This document shows, in pieces, positions 39,591 to 49,409 of a stretch of 64,000 nucleotides of DNA. Below the pieces are notes generated by a model. That model had not been told where the DNA came from. It saw only the letters and a program-made list of their open reading frames with translations, and did not search any database. Within the stretch, counting starts at the first letter, position 1. Every line of letters starts with the position of its first letter. The position numbers and the translations under genes were made by a program. The DNA lies in NCBI GenBank assembly GCA_963706285.1, contig CAVPLU010000003.1:32001-96000 (forward strand). Reading direction: 5' to 3'. This stretch comes from Candidatus Bathyarchaeota archaeon (GTDB lineage Archaea > Thermoproteota > Bathyarchaeia > 40CM-2-53-6).

Positions 39591-39592
39591 GA

Positions 39593-40133
39593 ATGAGAAA
39601 GAAAGAATACATTCTCCATGACTTTGGCGGCAGTTTTCGCCGCTCTATATGCCGTCGGCGTCGTTGTCCTTGGACCTGTCAGCTTCCAAGTGTTTCAGGT
39701 GAGAGTCGCGGACGCACTGCTTCCGCTGTGTATACTGTTTGGGTGGCCTGTGATTCTTGGTTTAACACTTGGTACGATTGTGGCAAACCTCTTTGGTGGT
39801 CTGGGACCAATCGACATCGTTGGAGGTAGCCTCGCGAACTTGATTGCGGGCTACGTTGCATGGAGAATCTCCCTGGATAGGGGGAAACCCTGGCTTCTCC
39901 TTGGTGTTGTATCGCAAGTAATGATCGTCACTGCAATTGTTGGAACTTACCTCAGCTACCTATTCGGGATGCCTGTTGAAGTCGGGTTGCTTGGCGTACT
40001 CCTAGGAAGTATAGTCGCTATTGGAATCCTCGGGTCTCTGCTCTTGCTGGCACTGTCATCGAAACGGGTATCTGCTGCATTCAGATCACGCGGAATCATC
40101 TTTGCACAAGTTCACCGAAGCACTAGTCATTGA
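39593..40133 (+). CDS. queT: QueT family ECF S-component transporter (probable 1-nt indel near start)
   Basis: 'AAVFAALY...PVSF..FQVRVADAL..L...GLTLG...AN...GLGPIDIVGGS.A'. GGAGG lies before ATG 39593. Confidence 0.8.
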
Positions 40134-40170
40134 ATCTCCACGCTAGTCTTTCCTCGGGAGCATGAGAACC

Positions 40171-40896
40171 TCACGAGTCCTGAGAGATGGGCCAGCTGAG
40201 TATTCTACTCTTCTCAAGCCCAATGAGGACAGGGACACCGACAACGATGGCAACTATAACGGCGTAAGCTGCTTCGAGAGGGGTCTGGATAGCACCTAAC
40301 ACGAATATTGAGGGAAGCGCCTCTATCGGGATCGGGTATGCCTGATAGAGGCCCCCAACTATGAGCATAAACACTCTGACCAAAGCATCCAACTCCACGG
40401 CCACGAAAGCAACCAGGGCAACAGCAGGAACTAGACGATGCGGACTCAGCTTGGTGGCTTGGAGTCTGTGCACAAGGAAAGCCGCGGCGAAGACGCCTGC
40501 GAACCCGATGTATGTGTCCCAAAGTGTCCACAAGGGAATATGCATCGTCAGCGGATGCGCGAGAAATGCCGCGAGCAACACTGCATAGATTCCGGCAGTG
40601 AGATACCATCTCCGTGTTATCAAGAAACCCGCCCCCAGTGCTCCTACAGCTTCAGCGATCCCGAATAGGTTCTCGATCCAGAAGCCATCAGGCCTCATGA
40701 AACGACCCCCGATCCAACCGATCGCTGCTGCAAGGAACCCAAGATAAGGACCCGCAATGATGCCTTCCAATGGCTCCATGACGATGCTCATTCTTCGAAA
40801 CCCGACAAGCGGAGGCGCGTACGAGAGGACAATATGAAGAGCTGCCAACGCTGCAACCACAGATACATACAGGCTTCCTCGTCCTCTCAGAGTCAT
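40171..40896 (-). CDS. ECF S-component-like membrane protein
   Basis: 'AALAAL...PLEGIIAGPYLG' N-terminal pattern with 7-8 TM helices. Confidence 0.6.
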   Translation of the reverse strand: MTLRGRGSLYVSVVAALAALHIVLSYAPPLVGFRRMSIVMEPLEGIIAGPYLGFLAAAIGWIGGRFMRPDGFWIENLFGIAEAVGALGAGFLITRRWYLTAGIYAVLLAAFLAHPLTMHIPLWTLWDTYIGFAGVFAAAFLVHRLQATKLSPHRLVPAVALVAFVAVELDALVRVFMLIVGGLYQAYPIPIEALPSIFVLGAIQTPLEAAYAVIVAIVVGVPVLIGLEKSRILSWPISQDS

Positions 40897-41010
40897 GACC
40901 TCTCACCAAGCATGCAAAATCATCCAGCACCTGAATGCTGCATGCAGCAGTCCAGTGCGATATTTCTTGCGCGTTTTGATTTCTTACAAACCTTCGCTAT
41001 TGTTTTGGCG

Positions 41011-41403
41011 TCAGGTCGAGATGTGAGTGGGTTCTATCTTGAGTATGACGCGTTTCTCGTCGGGTGCACGCCATGGGTACTTGTCCTTGCCAATGTATTT
41101 CTTAGCAAGCTTGTCGATGTGTGTGTCAGCGCCTTCGAGTATCTGAGATATTACGTGCCCTCGGATCACAATCTTGTCGTACATGTTGTTCTGATCGGCA
41201 ACGGAGATTGCAACGCGAGAATCCCTAGTAACATTCTTCTGTTTCCTTCGTCCCATCGAAGTGTTTACGAGTACAGTGTCGCCTTCATGATCAATCCAGA
41301 CAGGCGTCACGTGCGGTGAGCCATCAGGCATGATGGTTCCAAGGAAAGCGAAATTTCTGCCTTCAATCAATTTTGCTGCGTGGTCGTCCAACTTGAGAGG
41401 CAA
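41011..41403 (-). CDS. PPOX class F420-dependent oxidoreductase
   Basis: 'LGTIMPDGSPHVTPVW...GRRKQKNV.RD.RVAISV...IDKLAKKY.G...RV'. Confidence 0.9.
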   Translation of the reverse strand: MPLKLDDHAAKLIEGRNFAFLGTIMPDGSPHVTPVWIDHEGDTVLVNTSMGRRKQKNVTRDSRVAISVADQNNMYDKIVIRGHVISQILEGADTHIDKLAKKYIGKDKYPWRAPDEKRVILKIEPTHIST

Positions 41404-41780
41404 TCAAGATCACAATAGATTCTGTTGAATTTGATGACATGTAAGGTTTGCTGGTGATTTACTGATTACGAGCACATTCAGCAAAAGGAAGCACAGTTTC
41501 AAAATGATTGTCAGCTGTATTGCCCCACACTTGTTGGCCATCCAGTCATGCACTAAATGAATATTCATGTTTCGATGGCTCTAGATTATGAATGGAAAAT
41601 ACAAACCTTCATTCAAGTCAAATCCAGCAATATCCCGATGACTTGTGTCGAAAAAGGAAGCTTCAGACTCAACATCTGAGGTGCTAGCGTCAGCTGAAGT
41701 TCTCAGGAAGAGGATAGCTGCGTTTCTGCTGAGGTAAGAGAAGCCACCAAGGAGCTAGCTCTTGCAGATTGTGAATCTGC

Positions 41781-41960
41781 ATGGAAAGAAGCGTGGTCAC
41801 CCGCGAAGTGAAGAAAGCGACTGGGAAAGAAATTCTGGAAATGGCAGACAATATTCTAGCGCGGTCAGATGAAGAACTGTTCGATATGGATTACTTCGTA
41901 GATGTACTTGAAACGAGGGTGGCGAGCAAGTCCATGCGGTTACTTGCTCTTCTCGCTTGA
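41781..41960 (+). CDS. Small hypothetical protein (59 aa, below ORF-track cutoff)
   Basis: Manual translation gives MERSVVTREVKKATGKEILEMADNILARSDEELFDMDYFVDVLETRVASKSMRLLALLA. Confidence 0.4.
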   Translation: MERSVVTREVKKATGKEILEMADNILARSDEELFDMDYFVDVLETRVASKSMRLLALLA

Positions 41961-43013
41961 CTGAGGGCTCTTCTGTCTTCTCTGGAAAACAAGGAAAACG
42001 AGTGCTACCACAAGCGCAGCTGTCACAATGATGAGGACGTAGGTGTAGGTCCTGTAGTTGCCCAGTTCTGCGGCCGCTGCTTTATTCTCTGATTCTAATT
42101 GACCATAGTTTGATGCCAATTGGTTGTAGTCAGATTTGAGCGAATCATATTTTGACGTGAGGTCGTTTTGCTTGGCGACTAGCGCATTGTATTCCTGCTG
42201 CAAAGCCGCGTACTGAGCAGAAACGCTTTCGTATTCTGGCGTAGTTGCGAGGACGTATGTCAGCGGTAGGGTCTGTTGTGATGATTTCTGAACGGTTACG
42301 GATGTTGGTATGTATGTTGGCTGGTACACGTAGTAGTATGTGTAGTTGTGCGCGTAAGACGGATAATAGTACGAATAGTACGGGTAGTAGTAGGGGTAGT
42401 TGCCAGAGTAGTACTGCCAATAGTTCGAAGGGTAATTGCTGCTCGTCGTAGTTTCCTTCCAAACCTCTGTCAATGTTCCGACCATCATGCTTCTGTTTGT
42501 GTTCGGAGGTATCGCCACAGTGAGAGTGGTCTGCCAATTTGTGCCTGAACTGACTTCCTTATCTGATACGATAGTTGATGAGGTAGCCTTTGCCAGTTGT
42601 TGATTTGTGTAGGCAAAGATGTCGATCGATAGGCTGGTCACCGTCACGCTCGCTTTTGCGGTTGCGATAGTTGAAATGGTGATTGTATTGCCTGGACTTG
42701 CAGACGCCGGGAAGGTGAATTGAACCGTGAAATGTTCAGTTGAGGCAGTTGTGACGATGTTAGATGTCGGCGGCAGTTGAGCCGGTTGTTCCGCTATTGG
42801 TTGCACGGTCGGGAATGTGCCGTAGTTGACTGGTTGGAACGCGTTTACCGCTGAGGGTGCCCACATCTGTACCCCCTGAATTGCTAGGAGTGAAAGTATC
42901 AGTGCCGATGCGACCAGTGGTGCCCAAGCTCTATCAGTTGGCCGAGTTCTCGTAGCCTTCATGCGCTCCGGCTGAGGACACCAACGCCACAGGAAAGAAC
43001 GCTTCAGCTTCAT
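41940..43013 (-). CDS. Membrane-anchored protein: Ig-like domain with Tyr-rich insert, coiled coil, C-terminal TM
   Basis: Signal/TM helix, beta-rich domain, 'YYSGNYPYYYPYYSYYYP', heptad repeat, then TM followed by RRQK. Confidence 0.7.
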   Translation of the reverse strand: MKLKRSFLWRWCPQPERMKATRTRPTDRAWAPLVASALILSLLAIQGVQMWAPSAVNAFQPVNYGTFPTVQPIAEQPAQLPPTSNIVTTASTEHFTVQFTFPASASPGNTITISTIATAKASVTVTSLSIDIFAYTNQQLAKATSSTIVSDKEVSSGTNWQTTLTVAIPPNTNRSMMVGTLTEVWKETTTSSNYPSNYWQYYSGNYPYYYPYYSYYYPSYAHNYTYYYVYQPTYIPTSVTVQKSSQQTLPLTYVLATTPEYESVSAQYAALQQEYNALVAKQNDLTSKYDSLKSDYNQLASNYGQLESENKAAAAELGNYRTYTYVLIIVTAALVVALVFLVFQRRQKSPQSSEKSK

Positions 43014-43474
43014 GCCGTTCCCCCCAAAATTGCCTTGAACAAAGTATCCGCGAGGTGAGAAGGATTTGCTCTAGCTCTGTCCCGAGGAAGTGAAATTCCT
43101 CGTTCTTCACTCTCTCTTATCAGGGTCTGCTTGCAGCTGTCAAGGTTCGTGCACTCAGAACAGTCGCCCTCTCCCTTGTACCAGACCTGGATTCCGTTCG
43201 CTACTGAGAAAGTGACAAGCACGTCCGTCCTCCAAGTTGGGCTATACCCGAGGAGAAACCCATTCTTCAGATCGATCTTGTGAATATCCAGCCGGTTTAG
43301 CTGCGCTGCATCTGTCAGCGCACGTGACATCTTGGTATCTATGGCGTTGAAGGTCTTGTTCGTTGTTTGCGGGGTTACTCCTATCTTCCGGGATACTTCG
43401 GCTTGGGTTAAGCCCTGCCTTCTGAGGTTCCAGAAGCTAAGCTGCTTCGTCGTGAGATATCCTGCTCGCATCAT
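43010..43474 (-). CDS. HTH transcriptional regulator with C-terminal CxxCxxxxxC motif
   Basis: 'GLTQAEVSRKIGVT' HTH and 'GDCSECTNLDSC'. Confidence 0.75.
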   Translation of the reverse strand: MMRAGYLTTKQLSFWNLRRQGLTQAEVSRKIGVTPQTTNKTFNAIDTKMSRALTDAAQLNRLDIHKIDLKNGFLLGYSPTWRTDVLVTFSVANGIQVWYKGEGDCSECTNLDSCKQTLIRESEERGISLPRDRARANPSHLADTLFKAILGGTA

Positions 43475-43638
43475 GCGCGTATGCCAACCTAAGCATAAGT
43501 AAGCCTACAGACACCTATAATCCTTGCCCAACTATCATCGTCCGCCGGACTCGTACGACCTATCTTCTCTCGGAGGCAGTATCCTGCGATCCTCGTCGAT
43601 CTCCGATAACCGGAGATATATCAAGCACAAGTCCGAGA

Positions 43639-44859
43639 ATGTCAGCACGAGACTGGAGACAAATGGCGCCTAACAACCCCGCAGCAAACCAGTTGCGGCG
43701 GCTTCACCTCTCTGTCTTCGCAGCCTCAATCGGCATCTCGTACTTCTATTTCATTCCTGCATTCGCTGAACAGCTTGGTGCTGGTTACTTGGATTTGGGC
43801 TTGATCGGTACCGTTCGATCGCTGCCCTACACGTTTCTCCCGGTTATCGCAGGGTATCTTGGAGACCGGTTCGGCAGACGGCGGCTCTATCTACTCAGCG
43901 TGTGCGCGGTTGGGGCTGCAACATTGCTGCTTGCTGCAACGGATACCATACCAGGTATACTGGTTGTCCAGATTCTCTTGGGAATTGGGCTAGCACTGTT
44001 CTGGCCAATATCTGAGGCGCTGGTATCTGGAATCTCGTCTCTGCATGAGCGTGCCGCTGCGATCGGGATGTATGCAGTTGCGTGGGGATCCGGTTTTCTA
44101 ATCGGCCCATTAGTGGGCGGCATTGTTGCTCAGGAGGCAGGATTTCAGATATCGTTCCTCGTTGCCGGAATTCTCATCTTGGCAACCTCAGGAGTCTCAG
44201 CCGCTGCAATTCGAGGAGAAGAGAAACAACGGGGCCAAATGCGGCAGTCTTCCGCAAGACCCTCTTGGAAACTGCTCTATGCGGTACTTCCGATGCTTCT
44301 GGTCCAAATTCCGTACGCAATTGTGCTCGCCTTTATCGTTTCGATTTTTCCTGGTTACGCAGCCGCGGCCGGATTAGCACCATCGGAGGTTGGATTGCTT
44401 CTATCCGGCTTTGGATTCGCAAGAACGCTTGCATTCTCTCTTGCCGGCAGAATGCAAAGAAGGGTCGGTGAGAGGAAGAGCATCGCAGTGGGCTCGTTGG
44501 GCTTGGGATTGGTGCTGCTCCTAATTCAGACCAACAGTAGTTTCATTGCACTATTGGCGGATTCATGCCTAATGGGTGCATTCATTGGACTAATCTATCC
44601 GCCAACAGTGGCATACGTTTCCAAACGTTCCCCATTTGAGAATCTAGGATTTGTCATAGGTGCGTATGAGACGATCTTTGGTATCGGCTTCGCGGTTGGC
44701 CCAATCCTCTCGGGTTTCATCGCTCAGACTGTGAGTGCCGACCTTGCCTTGCTCGTTCTGGCAATAATCGCTTTTACAATCATTCCTCTACTGGCCTTTG
44801 CCAGACAAGGCAGATCCGGCGCGGATGCGTCGGCATTTGAGCCGCAGCCTGTTGGATGA
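43639..44859 (+). CDS. MFS transporter
   Basis: 'GYLGDRFGRRR' motif A with about 12 TM helices. Confidence 0.9.
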   Translation: MSARDWRQMAPNNPAANQLRRLHLSVFAASIGISYFYFIPAFAEQLGAGYLDLGLIGTVRSLPYTFLPVIAGYLGDRFGRRRLYLLSVCAVGAATLLLAATDTIPGILVVQILLGIGLALFWPISEALVSGISSLHERAAAIGMYAVAWGSGFLIGPLVGGIVAQEAGFQISFLVAGILILATSGVSAAAIRGEEKQRGQMRQSSARPSWKLLYAVLPMLLVQIPYAIVLAFIVSIFPGYAAAAGLAPSEVGLLLSGFGFARTLAFSLAGRMQRRVGERKSIAVGSLGLGLVLLLIQTNSSFIALLADSCLMGAFIGLIYPPTVAYVSKRSPFENLGFVIGAYETIFGIGFAVGPILSGFIAQTVSADLALLVLAIIAFTIIPLLAFARQGRSGADASAFEPQPVG

Positions 44860-45165
44860 TTCATCCATTTTGCTTTTATCGTCGCTTGGCTGTCGATGCG
44901 AGTCGTAACAATGGAGGTGAATCGTTTGGTACTTCATCCTGGACCGCTGCTCGTCCTGTTTGGTCTGCTTCGTATCGTGCTTGGCGCAGTGATTGTGGTT
45001 GGGTTGTTCTATCTGCTCATCAAGCTTGCGAGATTGGCAGAAGCTATCGCCGAGACAAAACGGGCACAAGCGCGACCCCCAACTTCTCAAACATAACTCC
45101 CGGCTGTGCCAGCATGAGCTGTCAACGCCTTCCAGGAGCCTTTCCCTCTTTCTTGATGCAGATAC

Positions 45166-46368
45166 TCACGATCGCATGAACTGTTCAATTCTATTCGTTG
45201 CCTCATCAATCGTTTTGATCGGAGGCAAGAATACGGTTCTGAAGTGTCCTGCTCCGTAGGTCTCATCGAATCCAGAGCCGTTGACAACGAGAACTCCCGT
45301 CTTCTTGACTAGGTCAACTGCGAAATCCTTGTCGGAACTCCACCGGCCGTTCAGTGAGATTTTGGGGAAAAGGTAGAATGCACCCTTTGGAGTTGTGCAT
45401 GTGAGCCCTTTGATGGATCTGATCTTGTCTAGGAAGTGATCCCTGCGTTTCTTCAGCACAGTCACCATTCTCGTAATCTGTCTCTGTGATCCTTTGAGAG
45501 CTTTCACGGCCGCATACTGGATAGGGGTCGTTGCGGATATTCGAATTCTACTCTCTTTTGCGATCGCTTCTTTCAGCTCCAATAGGGTTTGATTGGGGTC
45601 ATGGAAATACATGTAGCCAAGCCGCCAACCAGTCATGGCATATGTTTTCGAGAACCCGTTCAAACCGACCACGGGGATGTCTTTTGCAAGAGCGGCTGCG
45701 CTTGTGAATTTTGAGTCATATACGAGTCTGTCGTAGATCTCATCTGCTACGACAAGGAGCTTGTACTCCGCTGCGATATCTAGCATCCTCTTCAATGTCC
45801 CCTCGTCATACAGCGATCCCGTGGGGTTGTTTGGATTCACGATCACCATTGCGCGGGTTTTGCTCGTTATCTTCTTCCGAAGATCCTCCAAATCGGGTAG
45901 CCAATCATTATCTTCGTCAGTTCGGTACGGGACCGGGAGTCCGCCGAAAAACTTGGTGAAGGAGGTATATGGAGGGTAGGTTGGTCCTGGCAGCAACATC
46001 TCGTCGCCAGGCTGAACAATCGCTCCCATCAGAAACTGTATTCCTTCCGAGATGCCCGAGGTTATTATCACATCTTCACTTGAGATCGGCACCGAATTAG
46101 CTCTCTTCTCCTTCTCTGCAACTGCTTCTCTGAGCGCTAGAATGCCTTCTGAGGGGGCGTAGTAGTTGTAGTCATCGTCCACCGCCTTGGCGAGAGCTCT
46201 CTTGATATGGGGTGCGGTGTGGAAATCGAACTTGGCAGGATCACCGATGTTAAGGTAGATCACTTTCTTGCCGGATCGCTCTACCTCTTTTGCGATCTCT
46301 AACATATCTCTGATCGCGTATTCGATTTCGGCCGCTCGGCTGGCAACCTGTACTCTGCTTGAGATCAA
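45166..46368 (-). CDS. Class I/II PLP aminotransferase (AlaA-like alanine aminotransferase)
   Basis: 'EYAIRD', 'LNIGDP', 'NPNNPTG', 'DEIYD' and 'GFSKTYAMTGWRLG'. Confidence 0.9.
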   Translation of the reverse strand: MISSRVQVASRAAEIEYAIRDMLEIAKEVERSGKKVIYLNIGDPAKFDFHTAPHIKRALAKAVDDDYNYYAPSEGILALREAVAEKEKRANSVPISSEDVIITSGISEGIQFLMGAIVQPGDEMLLPGPTYPPYTSFTKFFGGLPVPYRTDEDNDWLPDLEDLRKKITSKTRAMVIVNPNNPTGSLYDEGTLKRMLDIAAEYKLLVVADEIYDRLVYDSKFTSAAALAKDIPVVGLNGFSKTYAMTGWRLGYMYFHDPNQTLLELKEAIAKESRIRISATTPIQYAAVKALKGSQRQITRMVTVLKKRRDHFLDKIRSIKGLTCTTPKGAFYLFPKISLNGRWSSDKDFAVDLVKKTGVLVVNGSGFDETYGAGHFRTVFLPPIKTIDEATNRIEQFMRS

Positions 46369-46470
46369 TACGTTAATCCCGCAGTTAGCAGCGAATAACT
46401 CGTACTTGACAGTTTTGTGGCATCGGTCTGCATCAGCCACGTCAAAAGCGACATCCGAGTAGAAGCAGCC

Positions 46471-47165
46471 TTGGAACACGAGCCTCGTCTCAATTCAACA
46501 GAATGGGAGAAGCTTAGGGGAGACATCATCTCGTGTACTCGCTGTCCGAGACTTGTGAGACACCGGAGGGAGGTCGCTCTCAAGAAGAAGAGAGAGTTCA
46601 TGAATTGGGAGTACTGGGGTGCGCCGGTTCCAGGTTTTGGTGACACGCAAGCTCAGCTTCTGATAGTCGGATTGGCCCCAGCTGCTCATGGTGGCAATCG
46701 AACAGGACGAATGTTCACAGGAGATGGTTCAGCGAACTTCCTCATGCCTGCACTTTGTGCCTGCCGGGTTCGCGAGTCAACCAACGTCTGATCACGTTCG
46801 TGACGGACTCCAGATGAGGAATGCCTTCATGACTGCGGTGGTGCGTTGCGCTCCGCCTCAGAACAAGCCTCTTGCGAGCGAGCTAACGAACTGTGGTCCC
46901 TACCTTGACAGAGAACTCGTGCTGCTATCGCATGTTCGAGTTGCGCTAGTTTTTGGGCAAGTGGCCTTCAAAGCGTACCTCGAACGCCTTCGGCGGCAGG
47001 AGGATGCCATTCCACGCCTTGAAATTCAAACATGGCCAGAAATACGCAATGCCTCCAGATCTTCCTGTTCTGATCGCATCTTATCATCCCAGCAAACAGA
47101 ACACGCAAACCGGAAGACTCACAAGCAGAATGATGAACGCGGTACTTCGCAAAGTTCAAGAGTAA
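46471..47165 (+). CDS. udgB: Family 5 uracil-DNA glycosylase (UdgB-like), frameshifted
   Basis: 'CTRCPRL', 'GLAPAAHGGNRTGRMFTGD', 'RCAPPQNKP' and 'YHPSKQNTQTG' over three frames. Confidence 0.88.
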
Positions 47166-47295
47166 CCTGAATCGGTCAACATAGCTCAGCGGGAGAGGCT
47201 ATGTATCGAAGCGATGCTAGTCTCGCAAACGGGTTTCGGCTCACAACTCTTTTATAGAGTCCAAAGATGTCTCACATCCGATTCGCGTGGTCGCC

Positions 47296-47535
47296 ATGGA
47301 ACCGTCAAGGAAGCCACTGAACCTTCTCGTGAAGAAGCTGAACTCCGATATCACCATCAGACTGAAGAACGATATTGAGTACCGCGGCAAGATGATTGAC
47401 TGCGACAGCCACATGAACATAATTCTGGACGGCGCTGTCGAATATAGAAGCAACTCGCCCACTGCAAACTTTGGAAACGTCATTCTGCGTGGAAGCAACA
47501 TACTGTACGTTTGTGTGGACCACGGCCGGCAGTAA
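47296..47535 (+). CDS. Archaeal Sm-like (LSm/SmAP) protein
   Basis: 'YRGKMIDCDSHMNIIL' (Sm1) and 'ILRGSNI' (Sm2). Confidence 0.93.
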   Translation: MEPSRKPLNLLVKKLNSDITIRLKNDIEYRGKMIDCDSHMNIILDGAVEYRSNSPTANFGNVILRGSNILYVCVDHGRQ

Positions 47536-47681
47536 TGTACCGGAAAGGGCATTATGATCCGCGAGCCTAGTGTCTGCCAGACACTACTTAGCTGCCTGAT
47601 TCTCCAGGAACGGCGTCGTTGACCATTATCGAATTCTCAAGTTCTTCCGGGCTCAGCTCTTGAGCAATCCTAAACAAATGC

Positions 47682-49337
47682 ATGTGCTCCACGTATAGAG
47701 AAGGAATTCGGCCGGCGGAGCTTGTGACATTGCTTGACATACAATACGAGTCAGAACGCCAGCGCCGAGCCTGTCAAGAAATTGCTCGCAGACTCTTGCT
47801 CGATCGAACAGAAGCCGAAAATCCGGAAGAAACAAAACTAGTCGTCGCTCGGAAATATCGGCTGCCTAGTGTCCCTAGGAATTCGGATATTTTCGCCGTC
47901 GTCTCTCCAGAGGAACAGCGGATGCTACGGGATAAGCTGCAGCTGAAGCGGGTCAGGAGTATTTCTGGTGTTAACGTGATTGGGGTGATGTCAGCGCCTG
48001 AGCGATGCCCCCATGGGAGATGCGCATACTGTCCTCAGGAAAGTGATGCACCAACAAGCTACACTGGATATGAGCCTGCGGCAATGCGAGCCAAACAGAA
48101 TAACTTCGATCCCTATGCACAGCTCTCAAGCAGGCTAGCGCAGTTGCGAGCTATCGGTCACCAACCATCAAAGGTTGAGATTGTTATCCAAGGTGGCACC
48201 TTTCTGGCACGTCCGTTTCCATATCAACAGCATTTCATGAAGCGATGTCTGGACGCTCTGAACGGGTCTGAAAGCCTCTCTCTTGACGAGGCGAAAGCCA
48301 GAGCGTGCTCCAGCTCGATCAGGAATGTGGGGATAACCTTTGAGACGCGCCCAGATTGGGCTCGTGCCGAACATGTGGATCTGATGCTCTCTTACGGTGC
48401 AACACGCGTTGAGATCGGCGTTCAAACACTTGATGACGGCGTTCTTCAACTCGTCGAGCGAGGCCATGACGTTCAAGATGTGATCAAGTCTTTTCAGATC
48501 GTCAGAGACGCTGGGTTGAAGATCGTTGCTCATATGATGCCGGGGCTGCCCGGCTCAACTCCTGAGCAGGATTTGGAGGGATTCAAACGACTAGTCTCGG
48601 ACTCGGATTTTCGACCCGACATGCTGAAGATCTATCCTTGTCTCGTCGTGCGTGGGACGAAAGTATACGACTGGTGGAAGAGTGGGACGTACACTCCACT
48701 TGACGTCGAACGGGCTGCGGAGCTGATTGCGAATGTCAAGGAATTAATTCCTCCTTGGATGAGAATCATGAGAGTTCAGCGTGAAATACCGGCGAGACTC
48801 ATTCAGGCGGGGCCTGATAAGGGGAACCTTCGCGAACGCGCCCTCATGTTGCTGAGAGCAAAAGGGCGCCGCTGCAGATGCATTCGATGCCGCGAAGCAG
48901 GTCACCGAAGAATCAAGGAAAATGTGAACCCAGACTCTGAAGATATCAAACTCATCAGAACATGCTACGAATCGTCAGGGGGCACAGAGATCTTCCTCTC
49001 CAAAGAAGATCCTAAGACTGACACGCTGATAGCATATCTCCGTCTAAGGATTCCATCTCCATCAGCACACAGGATAGAGGTCAGCTCGAACCGATCATCG
49101 ATCGTGAGGGAGTTGCACGTATACGGGCCAGTCGTGCCTGTCGGAGAACATAATGCGTCCTCCTGGCAACACAAGGGCCATGGCATCTCCTTACTGAAGG
49201 AGGCTGAAAGACTGTCCACAGAAGAGTATGATCTGAGAAAGATCCTTGTCCTCAGCGCACTCGGAACAAAGGAGTACTATCTGCGTGCCGGCTACAAACC
49301 TGATGGTCCCTACGTGAGCAAGAACTTGCGCCAATAA
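47682..49337 (+). CDS. elp3: Elp3 tRNA U34 acetyltransferase (radical SAM plus GNAT)
   Basis: 'CPHGRCAYCP', 'SYTGYEPA', 'ETRPD', 'RVQREIP', 'CRCIRCRE' and 'RELHVYG'. Confidence 0.95.
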   Translation: MCSTYREGIRPAELVTLLDIQYESERQRRACQEIARRLLLDRTEAENPEETKLVVARKYRLPSVPRNSDIFAVVSPEEQRMLRDKLQLKRVRSISGVNVIGVMSAPERCPHGRCAYCPQESDAPTSYTGYEPAAMRAKQNNFDPYAQLSSRLAQLRAIGHQPSKVEIVIQGGTFLARPFPYQQHFMKRCLDALNGSESLSLDEAKARACSSSIRNVGITFETRPDWARAEHVDLMLSYGATRVEIGVQTLDDGVLQLVERGHDVQDVIKSFQIVRDAGLKIVAHMMPGLPGSTPEQDLEGFKRLVSDSDFRPDMLKIYPCLVVRGTKVYDWWKSGTYTPLDVERAAELIANVKELIPPWMRIMRVQREIPARLIQAGPDKGNLRERALMLLRAKGRRCRCIRCREAGHRRIKENVNPDSEDIKLIRTCYESSGGTEIFLSKEDPKTDTLIAYLRLRIPSPSAHRIEVSSNRSSIVRELHVYGPVVPVGEHNASSWQHKGHGISLLKEAERLSTEEYDLRKILVLSALGTKEYYLRAGYKPDGPYVSKNLRQ

Positions 49338-49409
49338 TCGGCGCTCGCACAGGTTTTAACTCTCAGCCCACAGTCACGTATCTGGGCACTTGCACTGAGT
49401 GAACCACAG

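Noticed and set aside
39425-39592. RNase P RNA, hammerhead ribozyme or C/D box sRNA identity for the structured leader
   Set aside because: It lacks GAGGAAAGUCC (RNase P) and a CUGANGA core (hammerhead). The C-box-like GUGAUGC is imperfect, and its CUGA partner is buried in a hairpin.
47172-47245. tRNA-like 5' segment (ATAGCTCAGCGGGAGAG)
   Set aside because: No T-loop or matching acceptor strand follows at the right distance.
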